Translations under genes and position numbers: made by a program
In this document: positions 1 through 14,600 of the stretch, piece by piece
How the letters are laid out: every line of letters starts with the position of its first letter
Numbering within the stretch: position 1 is the stretch's first letter
Notes under the pieces: generated by a model
Told to the model about the DNA's origin: nothing
What the model saw: the letters and a program-made list of their open reading frames with translations, nothing else
Databases searched by the model: none
Source of the DNA: Eledone cirrhosa
Taxonomy: Eukaryota
DNA length: 64,000 bases
Direction: 5' to 3'
Assembly: GCA_964016885.1 (NCBI GenBank)
Contig: OZ024744.1
Coordinates: 96,472,001-96,536,000 of the forward strand

Positions 1-721
1 ATGGCCGCGCAGGAGCAGGCCATCAAAACGAAGTGGCTGAAACACCACATTTACAAGAAGGAGGCTAGCCCACTGTGCAGAATCTGTGGAGAGAGAGAGG
101 AGACTGTGGCACACATTGTATCCGAGTGTAAACACCTAGCCCAGACTCACTATAAGGGCTGGAGACATGATGTGATGGGCAGGGTGATCCACTGGCACCT
201 ATGCAAAGTAAACAATTCACCACATTCTGAAAAGTGGTATGAGCATAAGCCAGAGGCGGTGATAGAAAACGATCAGGTGAAGGTGCTGTGGGATTTTAGG
301 ATACAGACGGACAAGAAACTGGAACACAATAGACCTGACCTGGTGGTTTGGGACAAAGAAAAAAGATCGTGTCTGATTGTGGATGTGGTCTGCCCATTCG
401 ACACGAGAGTGCAAGAGAAGGAGAGGGAGAAAATTAACCGATACCAGGACTTAAAGTGGGAGGTAAAAAGGATTTGGAACTGCCATGATGTCAAAGTGGT
501 CCCAATTGTCATAGGCGCACTAGGTACTATCTCAAAAAGTTTCCAGTGATGGTTAAAGAAAATTGGCCCCTTCACGCTTTTTGGAACGCTTCAAAAGGCA
601 TGCTTACTGGGAACAGCAAGAACCCTCCGATACGTCCTGAATATCTGAGGCTGCAGGTAGTGACTTGATATTCATCTCAAACTTTCCAGTTAACTAACAT
701 CAATGACTGAGACTCAAAGAG
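1..721 (+). mobile_element. R4/Dong-like non-LTR retrotransposon, family A, 3' end (CCHC finger and RLE endonuclease)
   Basis: ORF 1-549 has CRICGEREETVAHIVSEC, RHD and NRPDLVVWD...IVDV...EKINRY (PD-(D/E)xK). Premature stop at 547. The 3' UTR runs into (TAA)n. Confidence 0.85.
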
Positions 722-728
722 TAATAAC

Positions 729-765
<37 letters not shown>

Positions 766-767
<2 letters not shown>

Positions 768-1003
768 GTCAAAGTGATCCCGATTGTCATAGGCGCACTG
801 GGGACTATCTCCAAAGGTTTCCAGGGATGGTTAAAGAAAATCGGCCCCTTCACGCTTTTTGGAACGCTTCAAAAGGCATGCTTGCTTGGAACAGCAAGAA
901 CCCTCCGATACGTCCTGAATATCTGAGGCTGCAGGTAGTGGCTTGATATTCAATCCAACGGACTTTCCAGTTAACCAACATCAATGACTGAGATTCAAGG
1001 AAT
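766..1003 (+). mobile_element. 5'-truncated Dong-like family A copy
   Basis: Near-identical to 489-721 and flanked by (TAA)n on both sides. Confidence 0.85.
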
Positions 1004-1012
1004 AACAATAAC

Positions 1013-1058
<46 letters not shown>

Positions 1059-1060
<2 letters not shown>

Positions 1061-1132
1061 CCTTGTTGTCTCTTGAGGTCACTGGTTGTGACTTGGTGAT
1101 AACTCGTATGAACATAAAGCAAGATAAATGCA

Positions 1133-1179
<47 letters not shown>

Positions 1180-1608
1180 GAGGGTATGCCTGCTAATTGA
1201 TATGTCTGTTCCAATAGACAAGAATGTATCTTTAAAAACATTTGAAAAATTGAGCAAGTATAAGGACCTGGAGATAGAAATTGGAAAAATGTGGAAATTG
1301 AGAACTAAAACAATGCCAGTAGTTGTAGGCGCTCTGGGAATGATACCTAAGGGGTCTAATGATTACTTATCGCAAATCCCAGGAAACCCGCGTATAGGAG
1401 AAATACAAAAGATAGTACTAATGGGAACTGCCCATATACTAACGAAGATTCTGTCAATATAAGTACATCACAAGTCTAAACACTAAAGATGCATGTTTGA
1501 GTATGTATGTTCTTTCTTGAACATGGCGGACCTTGTTGTCTCTTGAGGTCACTGGTTGTGACTTGGTGATAACTCGTATGAACATAAAGCAAGATAAATG
1601 CAACTGTA
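1059..1608 (+). mobile_element. Two 5'-truncated Dong-like family B copies (1059-1133 and 1178-1608)
   Basis: ORF 1202-1462 encodes the RLE C-terminus (DMSVP..EKLSKYKDL..PVVVGALG). The 3' UTR is the same as at 6195-6337. Each copy ends in (TAA)n. Confidence 0.85.
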
Positions 1609-1626
1609 ATAATAATAATAATAATA

Positions 1627-1790
1627 ATTGTTTCTACTTTTGACACAAAGCCAGTTCATTACAGGTACTTTATTTTATCAACCCCGCAAGGGTGAAAGCA
1701 AATTTGACCTCGGCGGGATTTGAACTCAGAATGGAAAGGACCGTAACTCTATGCGTCAAAGCATGACATCCGATCCTCTACCGATACTGC
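1627..1790 (-). mobile_element. tRNA-derived SINE (dominant family)
   Basis: Family consensus: A box TGGCAGTATCGG, B box GAGTTCAAATC, core gcctttcatccttacggggtcgataaaataaagtaccag (Deu/Nin-domain-like), tail gtagaaacaattatt. This copy is slightly diverged. Confidence 0.8.
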
Positions 1791-1794
1791 TAAA

Positions 1795-4700
1795 TAAGAA
1801 GCTGAGAGACCTGAGGAAGCATCCGAAGCAGACAATGATCTGAATGCTGAAATAAATAACATCTGGAACAACGATACGGCCATTGAGGAAATGAATGCTG
1901 ACGGGCTAGGACAAGATTTGGTTGATATCCTAAACTTAGTGGTAGATGAAATGAACAATGATAGTGGAAAACCTATGAACCTAAGATTTGTAGACAGGAA
2001 AAAGTTAAAAGAAAAACAACAGCTAAGGTAAACAAAGTCATCCCATACCTTGGGGCGAGGAACCTTCATCAATGCAACAATATCCTCAAAGCAACTGCAA
2101 ATGCGGTGAGGAAATTGCTTGGCATAAAATCGAGTGGAAACAACAAACAAGAAAGATCAGAACCTTGGTGGAAGAAACGACTGAGTGGTCAAATCAAGGA
2201 AATGAGAAAAGACATTGGAAAGCTTGAGTCCTTACTGAATGGGACATTAAAAAACATAGACACTAAAGATAAATTGGAAATAAAATACAAAACTAGGGGG
2301 AAAAAGCTAAATATTATCATAGAGGAACTGAAGCAACGCATTGTAGCAAAAAGAGCAAAAATTAGGCGATACGAGAGCAGAATCAGTCAGTATAGACAGA
2401 ACCGCATGTTTGACAACAACCAAATGTTGTTTGGGCAGCTTGAAGGGAAAGAAAGAGGCAACGACTTGATCCCTGAGGCGGAACAAACTAAGACATTCTG
2501 GAGAGGAATATGGGAGCAGGATGTTGAACATAATAGTCAGGCAGTGTGGATTGAGACAGTTCAAAAGGAGATTAGTGAACAAGCACACTAACAACCTGAT
2601 TTGAGTATCACAGTTGAAACTCTTAAAGGGCAGGCCAAAAAACTAACCAACTGGAAATCATCAGGCCCAAGGGTATTGGATTAAAAATATAACATCCCTC
2701 CACCCGAAACTGACAACCATGTTCAATGGCTGCTTGATGTCGGGTGAAGTACCAGAGTGGTTGACAAAAGATACCACAGTTCTGGTAATGAAAGACCGAA
2801 TCAAGGGTAATGATATTACCAACTATAGGCCTATCACATGTCTGTCCGTAATGTGGAAACTGTTAACAAGTATTGTGTCTGAGGAAATCTACCATCACCT
2901 CCACATAAACAACTTGTTACCGGACGAAAAGAAAGGATGCCGAAAGAAGTCCCGTGGTACAAAAGATCAGATAAGAATGGTAATGAGGAATTGCAAGAGG
3001 AAGAACACTGGTCTTGCCATGGGATGGATAGATTACAAAAAGGCATTTGACATTGTACCTCATTCTTGGATAATCAAAAGCCTAGAGATCTTCAAGGTGG
3101 CAGATAACATCAGACAGTTGTTGGGCAAAAGTATGAAGTTCTGGGAAACAGAGTTAACATCAGTTGGAGAATCCTTGGGAGGCGTGAAGATCAAGAGAGG
3201 TATCTTCCAGGGAGATAGTTTGTCCCCTTTGTTGTTTGTCCTAGCCCTGATGCCCCTGTCCATCATATTGCGAAAAGTGAGAGCAGGATACATGTTGGGA
3301 AAGCGAGAGCTTAACCATCAACCACCTCCTCTTCATTGATGATCATAAAGTCTTTGGGAAGAGTGAGTAGGAGTTGGATGTACTTGTTGACACTGTCCGT
3401 ATTTTCAGCTATGATATATGTATGGAAATTGGTGTTAATAAGTGTGGAGTCCTAGTTTTGAAGAGGGGAAATTGAACAGAAGCAACGGAATCCAGGTACC
3501 AACAGGTGAGATGATAAAGGAAATTGACACTGAAGAGAGATACAAATATTTGGGTGTTCTGGAGGCAGATGACATCAAGAACAAAAAGAAATGAAGGAAT
3601 TGATAAGATATGAATACATAAGGAGAGTAAGGAACATACTAAAATCACGTCTAAATAGTAGGAATGTCATAAGGGCAGTGAATTACCGAACTGTGTCTAT
3701 TTTTAGGTACAGTGCGGTAATTCTGAAATGGAATGTTGCTGAACAAAAAGAAATGGATAGGAAGACTAGGAAGCTATTGACTATCTACAACATGTTCCAC
3801 AAGAGGAGTGATGTCGATAGACTCTACTTAAAGAGATCTGAAGGTGGAAGAGGTCTTATCAGCATAGAGGACTGTGTTCAGATGGAGAAAAACAGCCTGC
3901 ACAAATATGTGGCTGACAGTAGGGAGCCAATGCTCAACATTGTACTTAAGAAGACAATAGACCAGGAGTTGTCCAAGAAGTAAATAACAACATGGAGGAA
4001 GAGCAACCTTCATGAAAAATCCCTTCATAGTACCTTCTTTAAGAAAACGGAATTTAGAGATCCACAGACATGGAACTGGATAAAAAGAGGAGACCTTAAA
4101 AAGGCTATAGAAGGAATGTTAATGGTTGCGCAAGAGCAAGCCTTCAGAACGAAGTGGGTGGAACACCATATTGACAAGGAGGAGGCTAGCCCACTGTGCA
4201 GAATCTGTGGAGAGAAAGAGGAGACCGTGGCCTACATTGTATCGGAGTGTAAACACCTAGCCCAGACTCACTATAAAGGCTGGAGACATGATGTGATAGG
4301 CAGGGTTATCCACTGGCAAAGTAAACAATTTACCACATTCTGAGAAGTGGTAAGAGCATAAGCCAGAGTCGATGATAGAAAACGATCAGGTGAAGGAGCT
4401 ATGGGATTTTAGGATACAGACGGACAAGAAATTAGAACACAATAGGCCTGACCTGGTGGTTTGGGACAAGGAAAACGATCATGCCTGATTGTAGATGTAG
4501 CCTGCCTATTTGACACGAGAGTGCAAGAAAAGGAGAGGAAGAAAATTAACCGATACCAGGATTTAAAGTGGGAGTGAAAAAGGATTTGGAACTGCCATGA
4601 AATCAAGGTCGTCCCGATTGTCATAGGCGCACTAGGTACTATCTCAAAGAGTTTCCAAGGATGGTTAAAGAAGATTAGTCCAGCCCTGCTTTTTGGAACA

Positions 4701-4838
4701 CTTCAAAAGGCATGCTTGCTGGGAACGGCAAGAACCCTCCGATACGTCCTGAATGTCTGAGGCTGCAGGTAACGGCTTGATATTCATTTCAACAAACTTT
4801 CCAATTAAATAACATCAATGACTGAGACTCAAAGAACA
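1795..4838 (+). mobile_element. Long decayed Dong-like family A LINE (RT, CCHC, RLE)
   Basis: Frameshifted ORFs 2106-2591, 2719-3339 (NYRPITCL, WIDYKKAFDIVPH, GIFQGDSLSPLLF), 3591-3983 (GGRGL) and 4116-4343 (CRICG..RHD). The 3' end matches 1-721. Confidence 0.88.
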
Positions 4839-4859
4839 ATGATAATAATAATAATAATA

Positions 4860-6336
4860 AAAACTTACAAATATCTAAATATCTAGGTGTTTGTGAAGGA
4901 GACGGAATCAAGCACTCGACAATGAGGGAAAGGATAAGGAAGGAATGTTACCGCAGAGTAAGAGCAATCTTAAGAACGGAATTGAATGCAAGGAATAGGA
5001 TCGATGCCATAAACACGCTTGCCATACCAGTAGTAACCTACAGTTATAATGTCATCAACTGGTCAAGCACAGAGATCCGTAGGCTCGATACAAGATTAGA
5101 AAATTCTTAACCATGCACAGAATGCATCACCCTAAGGCAGATACAGATAGAATATATCTCCCTAGGAAAGAAGGAGGACGTGGATTAATCTATTTAGATT
5201 TTGGTTGAAAACTGCAACAATTGGATTATCTACATATCTAAGGGAATCACATGATTGGATGATCAAACTCGTTTTGAAACACGAAAGCATCAAAAGATCA
5301 TACTCCATTACAAAAGATGCACAAAGATACAGTAATGGACTACAAATTTCAGAAGTCCCATTTACTGCTGAAATGAAAAACACAGAAAAAGCAAGGCAGG
5401 TAAAAGTAACTGCAAAGAAAGAACTGCTACAGAAACTGGCTAAGAAATGGCAAGAAAATCCTCTGTATGGAAAATACCCAGAAAGAGCTAACAATCTTGA
5501 TGTTGACAAAACTTTAACCCATCAGTGGTTGGCATCCTCTGGTCTGAAATCGGAGACCGAAGGACTAATTATATCAGTACAACAAAAAATTACTAAGCCA
5601 ACATAATAAAAAATGGATGCAACCCATTATGCCGTGTATGTAAAAAACAACCAGAGACCATAGATCATATAATTTCAATGTGCAGTCCTATAGCTCAAAC
5701 GGAATACCGAAACAGGCACGACAGAGCTGCACAATACATATATTGGATAATGTGTAAGCATTTTGACCTGCCCCATCAAAAGAATTGGTGGGAGCATCAA
5801 CCACCTCCCGTACTTGAAAAAGATCACATCTCAATCTTGTGGAACTTTAGCATCCAAACACCAAAAAATAGATGCAAATAGACCTGATATAGTACTGAAG
5901 GACTTTAAAAAGAGGGTATGCCTGTTAATTGATATGTCCGTTCCAATAGACAAGAATGTATCTATAAAAACATTTGAAAAATTGAGCAAGTATAAGGACA
6001 TGGAGATAGAAATTGGAAAAATGTGGAAATTGAGAACTAAAACAATACCAGTGGTTGTAGGCGATCTAGGAATGATACCTAAGGGGTCTAATGATTACTT
6101 ATCGCAAATCCCAGGAAACTCGCGTATAGGAGAAATACAAAAGATAGTACTAATGGGAACTGCCCATATACTAACGAAGATTCTGTCAATATAAGTACAT
6201 CACAAGTATAAACACATACAGATGCATGTGTGCATGTATGTTCTTTCTTGAACATGGCGGACCTTGTTGTCTCTTGAGGTCACTGGTTGTGACTTGGTGA
6301 TAACTCGTATGAACATAAAGCAAGATAAATGCAACT

Positions 6337-6337
<1 letters not shown>
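4860..6337 (+). mobile_element. Decayed Dong-like family B LINE (RT thumb to RLE)
   Basis: ORFs 4922-5110, 5205-5606, 5678-5881 (RHD) and 5763-6194 (NRPDIV..IDMSVP). (TAA)n on both sides. Confidence 0.85.
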
Positions 6338-6373
<36 letters not shown>

Positions 6374-6375
<2 letters not shown>

Positions 6376-8845
6376 CTTTCTTTATTAACCACAAGGGTTT
6401 ACATAAAGTAGACATTAAGGACAATACAGGACGGTACAAATGGGCATTTCTGCGTGTAAAAAACAAAAACAGAGGATGTAATAAAAAAAATAACAATGAA
6501 ATATTCCCCAATAGGGGGGAGACCTCCGAGGGACATTCGTGGAGAAAGCCCATTAAAAAAGCCACAGTGACCCTGACCACCAGGGCAAGTGCCCCCTCCC
6601 AGTTTTCCACCTTTAATTTACAGACACATACTCAGAGTAGGCCCATTCACTTGGGCCAGTCTTGCTTCTCTCACCCATCTTTCAACAAAAAGCTGGGAAG
6701 AGAGCACTTCCCTCTCTACCCTGATTTACCTTTTCAAATGAAATTTGAAAAAGTTAATCAGGGCATCACCGAGCTCGTCTTCAGCCCTTTCAAACGTGTC
6801 CACCATACTATCTCTTTCGCCATGGCCACCAGACAGATAAACACTGCCTACCCTTCCCGGCTAAAGGAGCAGGTCGGGGCAATCCTCACCATGGACTCAG
6901 CTGATAGCTGGATCCGTCCTACACGCGACAGCAGGTGTTCGACATAAACCCACAAGTCAGCAATGCTCGGACACTGGACGAGTGCGTGCAGGACGGTTTC
7001 GTCGCCCTGCGCGCATCTCGGACATGCCCGGCTGACGGCACCTCCATGCCTGTAGAATTTATCCCGAACTGGCAAAGCTTCTCGGTAGCACTGCCAGGCC
7101 AGGGATTTCTGGAAGTTGTCCATAGGCCCCGGCCCGAAAGTTCTTCCAAAGAGATTGGCTAGTTGATTTTCGTCGACGCCTAGAGTTTCCCCAAGTACGT
7201 CGTCGCTCTTCCCCTCCACTAATCCTCTATAGAACGCCAAGGTGGAGTTTCCACCGATCACATTCGAGGGCTGTGAGCGCCTGATGACATTCCAGTCTCC
7301 AAGCCCTCCATCTCGGTCTTCGCTTGACCTAGGACTGCAGCTTCGTCAAGGAGACGAGCTGGGGAAAGACGCGTATAGCAAACGGCGACCACACCTGATG
7401 ACCGTCGAGGAAGAGGTGGAGATGTTGTAGCATGAGCGCGTGTCTGCGCATCATCAGCTAAAGCATGCCCAGCCCTCCAGGTAGCGAGTGTTGACAGCAG
7501 ATGGACCGCCTGACCATCTGAGCGCGTCCCTTCCACAAAAAGCGAAAGAGCAAACGCTCCAGCGCAGTCAGGCGGGGCTTAGGACAAGGTACGACAGCCA
7601 GGTGGTAGCAGATGACAGACGCGATGTACGCGTTAGCCACCTCCGCTCGACCTTTCAGGGATAGCTTCCACTCCGCCCATTTCTGGGTGAGAGAAGCCAC
7701 CCTGCTCGTCACCTCGTCCCAGTTTTTGTCCGTCTGGAGGTCCGGACCGAAGCACATCCATAGCAATTTAACCGGTCCGTCCGTCCGTTCAGCGCCCGAC
7801 GACGCTGTTGGACGGCATGGACCTGCCTCTCCAGGTGCCAGGCTGCAGGCCCACTGACTTTTCCTGGTTGATCATTGCTCCTGTCACTGCTTCGTATTCT
7901 CTTAGTGTCGTGCCGATCGCCTCGATGTGTTTGGTGTTCGATACCTCTACGGTGACATCTCCCGCATATGCTGATACGGATATTTCGCATCCTAGTTCGC
8001 GCGGGACCCCCCTCAACGTCTCCAGTTTGTGCAGTAATGGCTCGAGAGTCAATACGTACAAGAGTGACGAGAGGGGACATCCTTGGCGGACCGAGCGCAT
8101 GATGTTGAACGGTTCCGAAAGGTGACCGTTCACTCTCACAACAGAGCAGATGTCGCTGTGCATGGTAGCGATCCAGCCTATGAAGACGGGCCCAAAGCCA
8201 GCCGCCCTCAAGACTGCTGCTAGGTAACGATGGTCGACCCTATCCAAAGCTTTCGACTGATTTAAATTGATCATGGACCCACCCATGCCAGGTTCCCTAG
8301 CTACCCTCTCCACGATGTATCGCATGAGGTGGAGGTTGTCGTGGATGGATCTGTCGGGAATGGCGCATGTCTGCGCCTCTCCCACCAGACCACCAACGAC
8401 AAGCGCCAACCTCTTTGCTAGCACCTTGGCCAAAATCTTGAACTCTGTGTTTAGCAGAGTTATGGGCCTGAAATTATCTATGTTATCACCCTTGTTCCGA
8501 TCCTTTCTCAGCAGCACCAACGCTCCTCGGCTCACAAAGCTGGGTTTTCTCCCGTTCTGTTGCCAGGTGCAGTAGACGTCCGCCAAGAGGCCTCCAAACA
8601 AGTCTGGCATCTGTACGTAAAGTTCATAGGGCAGACCATCCAAACCAGGCGATTTACCCCTTGTGCAGCCAGTCATTGCCTTCCGTACTTCAGCGGCTGT
8701 TATCGGCTTTTCGCAACACTCCGCCTCAGTGGCCGAGAGCCGCGGCAGTCCGTCGAGGTAGACACTAAAGTCCATCCCTCGATCCGGCCCGCCGCTGCCC
8801 CTGAACGCCCGCTTAACTAGTTCGCTAATCCGGTCTCTGTTTAAT
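6374..8845 (-). mobile_element. 5'-truncated L1/Tx1-clade LINE (RT and C-terminal zinc finger)
   Basis: ORF 7789-8775 has KSPGLDGLP, NFRPITLLN, QSKALDRVDH, VRQGCPLS and YAGD (decayed YADD). ORF 6848-7261 has CPRCAQGDETVLHALVQC. Sits in (TAA)n. Confidence 0.88.
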
Positions 8846-8865
8846 GTTTAATAATAATAATAATA

Positions 8866-9154
8866 ATTGTTTCTACATTTGGCACAAGGCCAGCAATTTT
8901 CCAGTGTATTACTGGTACTTTATTTTATCGACGCCGAAAGGATGAAAGACAAAGTTAACCTCGGCGGGATTTGAACTCAGAATGGCAAGGGCCGTAACTC
9001 TATGCGTCAAAGCATGGCGTCCGACCCTCTACCGATACTGCCAATCCTCTGTATAATAATAATAATAATTGTTTCTACTTTTGGCACAAGGCCAGAAATT
9101 ACCGAGTACATTACTGGTACTTTATTCTATCGACCCCAGAAGGATGAAAGGTAA

Positions 9155-9190
<36 letters not shown>

Positions 9191-9373
9191 TAATGTTTCT
9201 ACTTTTGGCACACGGCCAGCAATTTCCCCTGTGCATTATTTCATCCACCCCGTAAAGATGAAAGGCAAATTTAACCTCGGCGAGGATTTGATGAATTCAC
9301 AACGTAAAGGGCCATAACTCTATGCTGAAAAGCATAGTGTCCGACGCTATACCGATTCTACCAATCCACCGCT
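8866..9373 (-). mobile_element. Cluster of three SINE copies next to the eag exon
   Basis: Copies at 8866-9047, 9068-9160 (partial) and 9193-9373, separated by (TAA)n. Confidence 0.85.
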
Positions 9374-9489
9374 CTTTTATATTGTTTAACGATGCTACAT
9401 AGTGCTTTCTTTGTTTGGACCTATATGTAAAGGTGCAAAATATTCAATGTGATATAAAAATTGTTTGTAAGTAAATGAAATAAAATTAC

Positions 9490-9910
9490 CTCCACAAATC
9501 ATCATAAAGGTAGCGAATATTTTCTCGTTTACTGTATTTGCTGCCACGTTTCCGAATCCAACACTTGTCATGCAAGACACCGTGAAGTACAATGAAGTCA
9601 TGTAGCGCATATCCTTGGTTGGACCACCGTTTAAATCTTCATTTCCCAGTTCCGTTTTGTTTATATAAAATGGCTTCTTCGTCGCAGCGCTTAGTTTCGA
9701 CATCCAGCCGTATGAGATTAGCTGCTTTGCTTCGCTGTAGCCAATTGAATACCAGATACATGCAAACCAGTGAGCAAACAGCAAAAACACCAAAATAAGG
9801 AGAACCAGAAAGGCTGCCCCATATTCCAGATAATGGTCGAGCTTTCGGACCACACGACCGAGGCGGAGGAGTCGGACCACTTTCAGAGCGCTAAACAACG
9901 TGCTGATGCT
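9490..9910 (-). CDS. eag: Internal coding exon of an ether-a-go-go (eag/KCNH1/5-like, Kv10) voltage-gated K+ channel: S4, S5, pore helix, GFG filter and start of S6
   Basis: Translation SISTLFSALKVVRLLRLGRVVRKLDHYLEYGAAFLVLLILVFLLFAHWFACIWYSIG...YMTSLYFTVSCMTSVGFGNVAANTVNEKIFATFMMICG matches eag-subfamily motifs. On the minus strand the acceptor is ctatttccag| before 9910 and the donor is G|gtaa after 9490. Length 421 nt, phase 0 to phase 1. No neighbouring exons recognised in the window. Confidence 0.95.
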
Positions 9911-10489
9911 CTGGAAATAGAAAATTATTACAGAGAAATTAATAAGAATTTAAATGAGTATAATATAATTTAATGAAATAATTTTGTGAAAATAATAAAC
10001 TTACGAAAAGAAATAAAATGATAATAACTAAAAATGGTGAATAACTAAAATAAATGACTTACTTATACAAAGAAACGATTAATGTTGCACCTATAAGACC
10101 AGGTGATATCACGAATAGTTTTGGAATATATACTTCATACTTTATTTTTCAGTCGTTATTTCTGCTTACTGAATGTAGAATTCAAAATGTCATGGACATA
10201 TAATCTTCATTTATTCCTCCTATACATTGTCATCGCATTGAGTTTTGCCCTTGATTGGCATTGAGACAATTTAAGGATTTGTTCTTCCAATCAGCAGTAG
10301 CATGGAGAGGGGGTGATGATGCGTTGGCCCCGGGCATTCTTTGGATGGGTGTATCATTTGGGGAAAAGAACTTAATAAATTTGTTTGATTTAGAGGCCCA
10401 TTCTAATGAAATGGCTTAAAAGAGACTGTTTCCATAATTGCAAACGAATCGAATATTATTATTAATATTCGAAACACTCAGATTACATT

Positions 10490-10535
<46 letters not shown>

Positions 10536-10571
10536 CAAAGGAATTGTGGTAAGGAACCAGATGGACCATAA

Positions 10572-10622
<51 letters not shown>

Positions 10623-10653
10623 CATATATTTCCACTAGCTCTGGCAGTTGGAG

Positions 10654-10719
10654 GTGAACAGTGAGCTGTACTGATGAAGGGTGATACCCAGAAACATTAG
10701 TGTCTGCAGTTCTGTTTAC
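10654..10719 (+). ncRNA. Type I hammerhead ribozyme motif
   Basis: Stem I gagctgta/tgcagttc (extendable), CTGATGA 10671-10677, stem II gggt/accc with an A.A closing mismatch, GAAA 10691, stem III aca-ttag-tgt, cleavage triplet GTC 10702-10704. Confidence 0.8.
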
Positions 10720-10844
10720 GTACCAACACAAGAGCAAGAATGAGGGGCTCATTCTACTGACATGGCTTTAAAAATCAGGCTTGTTTGCATAATTGCAAAC
10801 GAATCGAATATTATTATTGATATTCGAAAAACTCAGATTACATT

Positions 10845-10898
<54 letters not shown>

Positions 10899-10953
10899 GT
10901 AGGTTAATTTTGTTTGGCCGCAGCCAAAGCTTCAATTTTACTAAGCTTCCACT

Positions 10954-12370
<1,417 letters not shown>

Positions 12371-12493
12371 TATATATATAAATATATATATATATAAATA
12401 TATATATATATATGTATTGAAGTTTCCGTTGAAAATTGAAAAAGTCATAGGAGTGAAGAGTGCTCTATGTAAGTACCAGAGCAAAATTTAATG

Positions 12494-12681
12494 TATAATA
12501 AACAATACAATATAATTACCTCATTACCAGAGGTTTCCCGAATAAGACGAATACGAAAAACGTCCCCATTCGTTCATTGGACAAGTCAATTTCCTTGTCC
12601 GATGAACGAATGAGGACGTTTTTCGTATTCGTCTTATTCGGGAAACCTCTGGTAATGAGGTAATTATATTGTATTGTTTAT

Positions 12682-12685
<4 letters not shown>
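12494..12685. repeat. Inverted repeat with ~92-bp arms carrying a degenerate hammerhead
   Basis: Arms 12494-12585 and 12594-12685, 8-nt loop. Right arm reads ccttgt CCGATGA [long stem II] GAAA cc-tct-gg TA atgagg. Confidence 0.85.
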
Positions 12686-12748
<63 letters not shown>

Positions 12749-12799
12749 GAATTAGAATTGGGATTGGAAATACGAAATTCAAATATATATATATATATA

Positions 12800-13383
12800 C
12801 TAGTAACATGTATCCCAGTACAACCTGTCTCATGGTCGGGTCGTTGGCGACTAAACTGGCAACCCCACCAAGGTTTCTTGGTGAGGAGGGTGACTTTGGA
12901 CATCCCGCAGGACTAAAAACAAAACCTGCCAAAGGGCAAAGGAGCTCTTAAGAGTCAATGGCCATCTAAAATCACCGAGAGAGATGACCCCTTAGCCTTT
13001 GTCAAGGCAGAATTCTAGGAGAAGGAAAACTCTGATATAACACCTGCAACCCTGATGGTATTCAATGATGTTGACTTGTTCTTCTTTTTGGTAAATATCA
13101 TCTTGGTTAAGAGAGTGGGACTGGCTTTGTGCAGTGCCTTTGCTCACTATAAAAGCTTCACGGCACAGGCATTGCTTTATATCTGGAGATCTCTCTGCAC
13201 TTGTCATCAAATGGTACCATGGGCCCAGCACTATGTGTCAATAATTGTCATAAGTGTAGTGTTTGTACCAGAGTTTTCAAGTCGCTGGCTGGACTAAAAA
13301 GTCACACTCGTTCAGCGCATTGTTAGGAGTTCTCCTACATGGATATAAAGTAGTGGCCGCACTCGAAAACGAGTTGGCAGCCA

Positions 13384-13385
<2 letters not shown>
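12800..13385 (+). mobile_element. ~580-bp non-coding interspersed repeat, possibly RTE-derived and non-autonomous
   Basis: Highly similar inverted copy at 47403-47978. Diverged relatives at 46200-46385(-) and 55010-55195(+) share ctaggaga.gg.aaactctga..aaaacacctgc. RTE origin is inference. Confidence 0.7.
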
Positions 13386-13437
<52 letters not shown>

Positions 13438-13909
13438 ATATATATATATATATACATATAAGTCTGTAACTCTGTAAAATGCATACGCACAAAGATACAT
13501 ACAATGCACTCTCTATAACAGTTGTGTTACAACAATCAATAAGAAGATCATTTTATAATCACAAGGTCCTGGATTCTAACCCTCTATTTGTTTCCTCTAA
13601 ATAGTTACTCATACTTTTAATCCTGCCATGTCATTTGTACATATATACTGAACGTTTGTGTAATTACATCCTAGAAATAAATTACTAAAATATTCTTTTA
13701 GTCTTTACTCACTTCCTTATGTCAGTAATCAACATAAACTATAGGGTTTCTCGTATGCAAGCTATAAATTAATATAAACACAAATTTCCCAGTTTGTATG
13801 CTTGTTCATATTTCCAGTAACCCTGGTATAACCATGGTATACTAATTGTGAACTCCAAATAGTAACTCAAATGCTATTGACGTCATTATTAACGAAGCTG
13901 GTTTATTAG

Positions 13910-14600
13910 TAGGAATATGCGAATCGGCGTTTCCCTGAGGCTCGGCCTCCGGATCTGCCAGCCAGACCAATGTCGCTGCGGTTCCACCGCGGACTCTTTC
14001 GGCCTTCACCCGCTTTCCTGTCGCCACAGTGCCGGCCGCATTCCACGCCATACTACCCTCAACGAGGTCATTAAGCATGGCTTGGACGCTGCAGGCTTCC
14101 CTTCCCAATTCGAGCCGGTGGGGCTGGATCGAGGAGACGGCAAAAGGCCAGAGGGCATGACCATCTTCCCGTTCTGCGGTGGAAAACCCCTCGTCTGGGA
14201 TGCCACTTGCACCGACACCTTCTGCAGCCGCAACCTGGTGCAGTCTGCGACTGACCCAGGTTCTGCTGCACGTCGGGCTGAGGGAGCCAAACTCCTCAAA
14301 TACCGGTCGCTCTCCGACAGGTTTGCGGTCGTTCCCCTGGCAGTGGAAACTTCTGGTGTCCTCGGCCCCAGGGCTACCTCCTTACTCACCACCATAGGCG
14401 CTGAGCTGGCCAGCTGCAGGTGTGAGCCCCGCGAGTTGGAGTGGCTTTTCCAGCGCGTCTCCCTTGCCGTCCTCCGGGGAAACGCCATCTCCATTCTGTA
14501 CGCCGGGGCTGTGGGTGGGCCCCATCGCGTACCAATACATTAGTTAAATACCATTCTTTCATCTGATACAACACAATAAAGACTAAAGTGTTTTAAAAAA
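13910..14600 (+). mobile_element. CRE-clade-like RLE retrotransposon, 3' end
   Basis: ORF 13917-14543 has CRC..H..SC..RH..LN, EPVGLDRGDGKRPEG, WDAT, K..KY, PLAVETSG and QRVSLAVLRGNA. GC-rich island with AATAAA at about 14575. Confidence 0.75.

Noticed and set aside
6264-6947. 227-aa plus-strand ORF
   Set aside because: Chimeric read-through of a LINE 3' UTR, (TAA)n and the antisense strand of the Tx1 element.
12805-12865. HDV-like ribozyme (ccagt..tctcat..gg gtcg-ttgg-cgac taa actgg)
   Set aside because: P2- and P4-like pairings are visible, but I could not place P1, so the fold is not supported.
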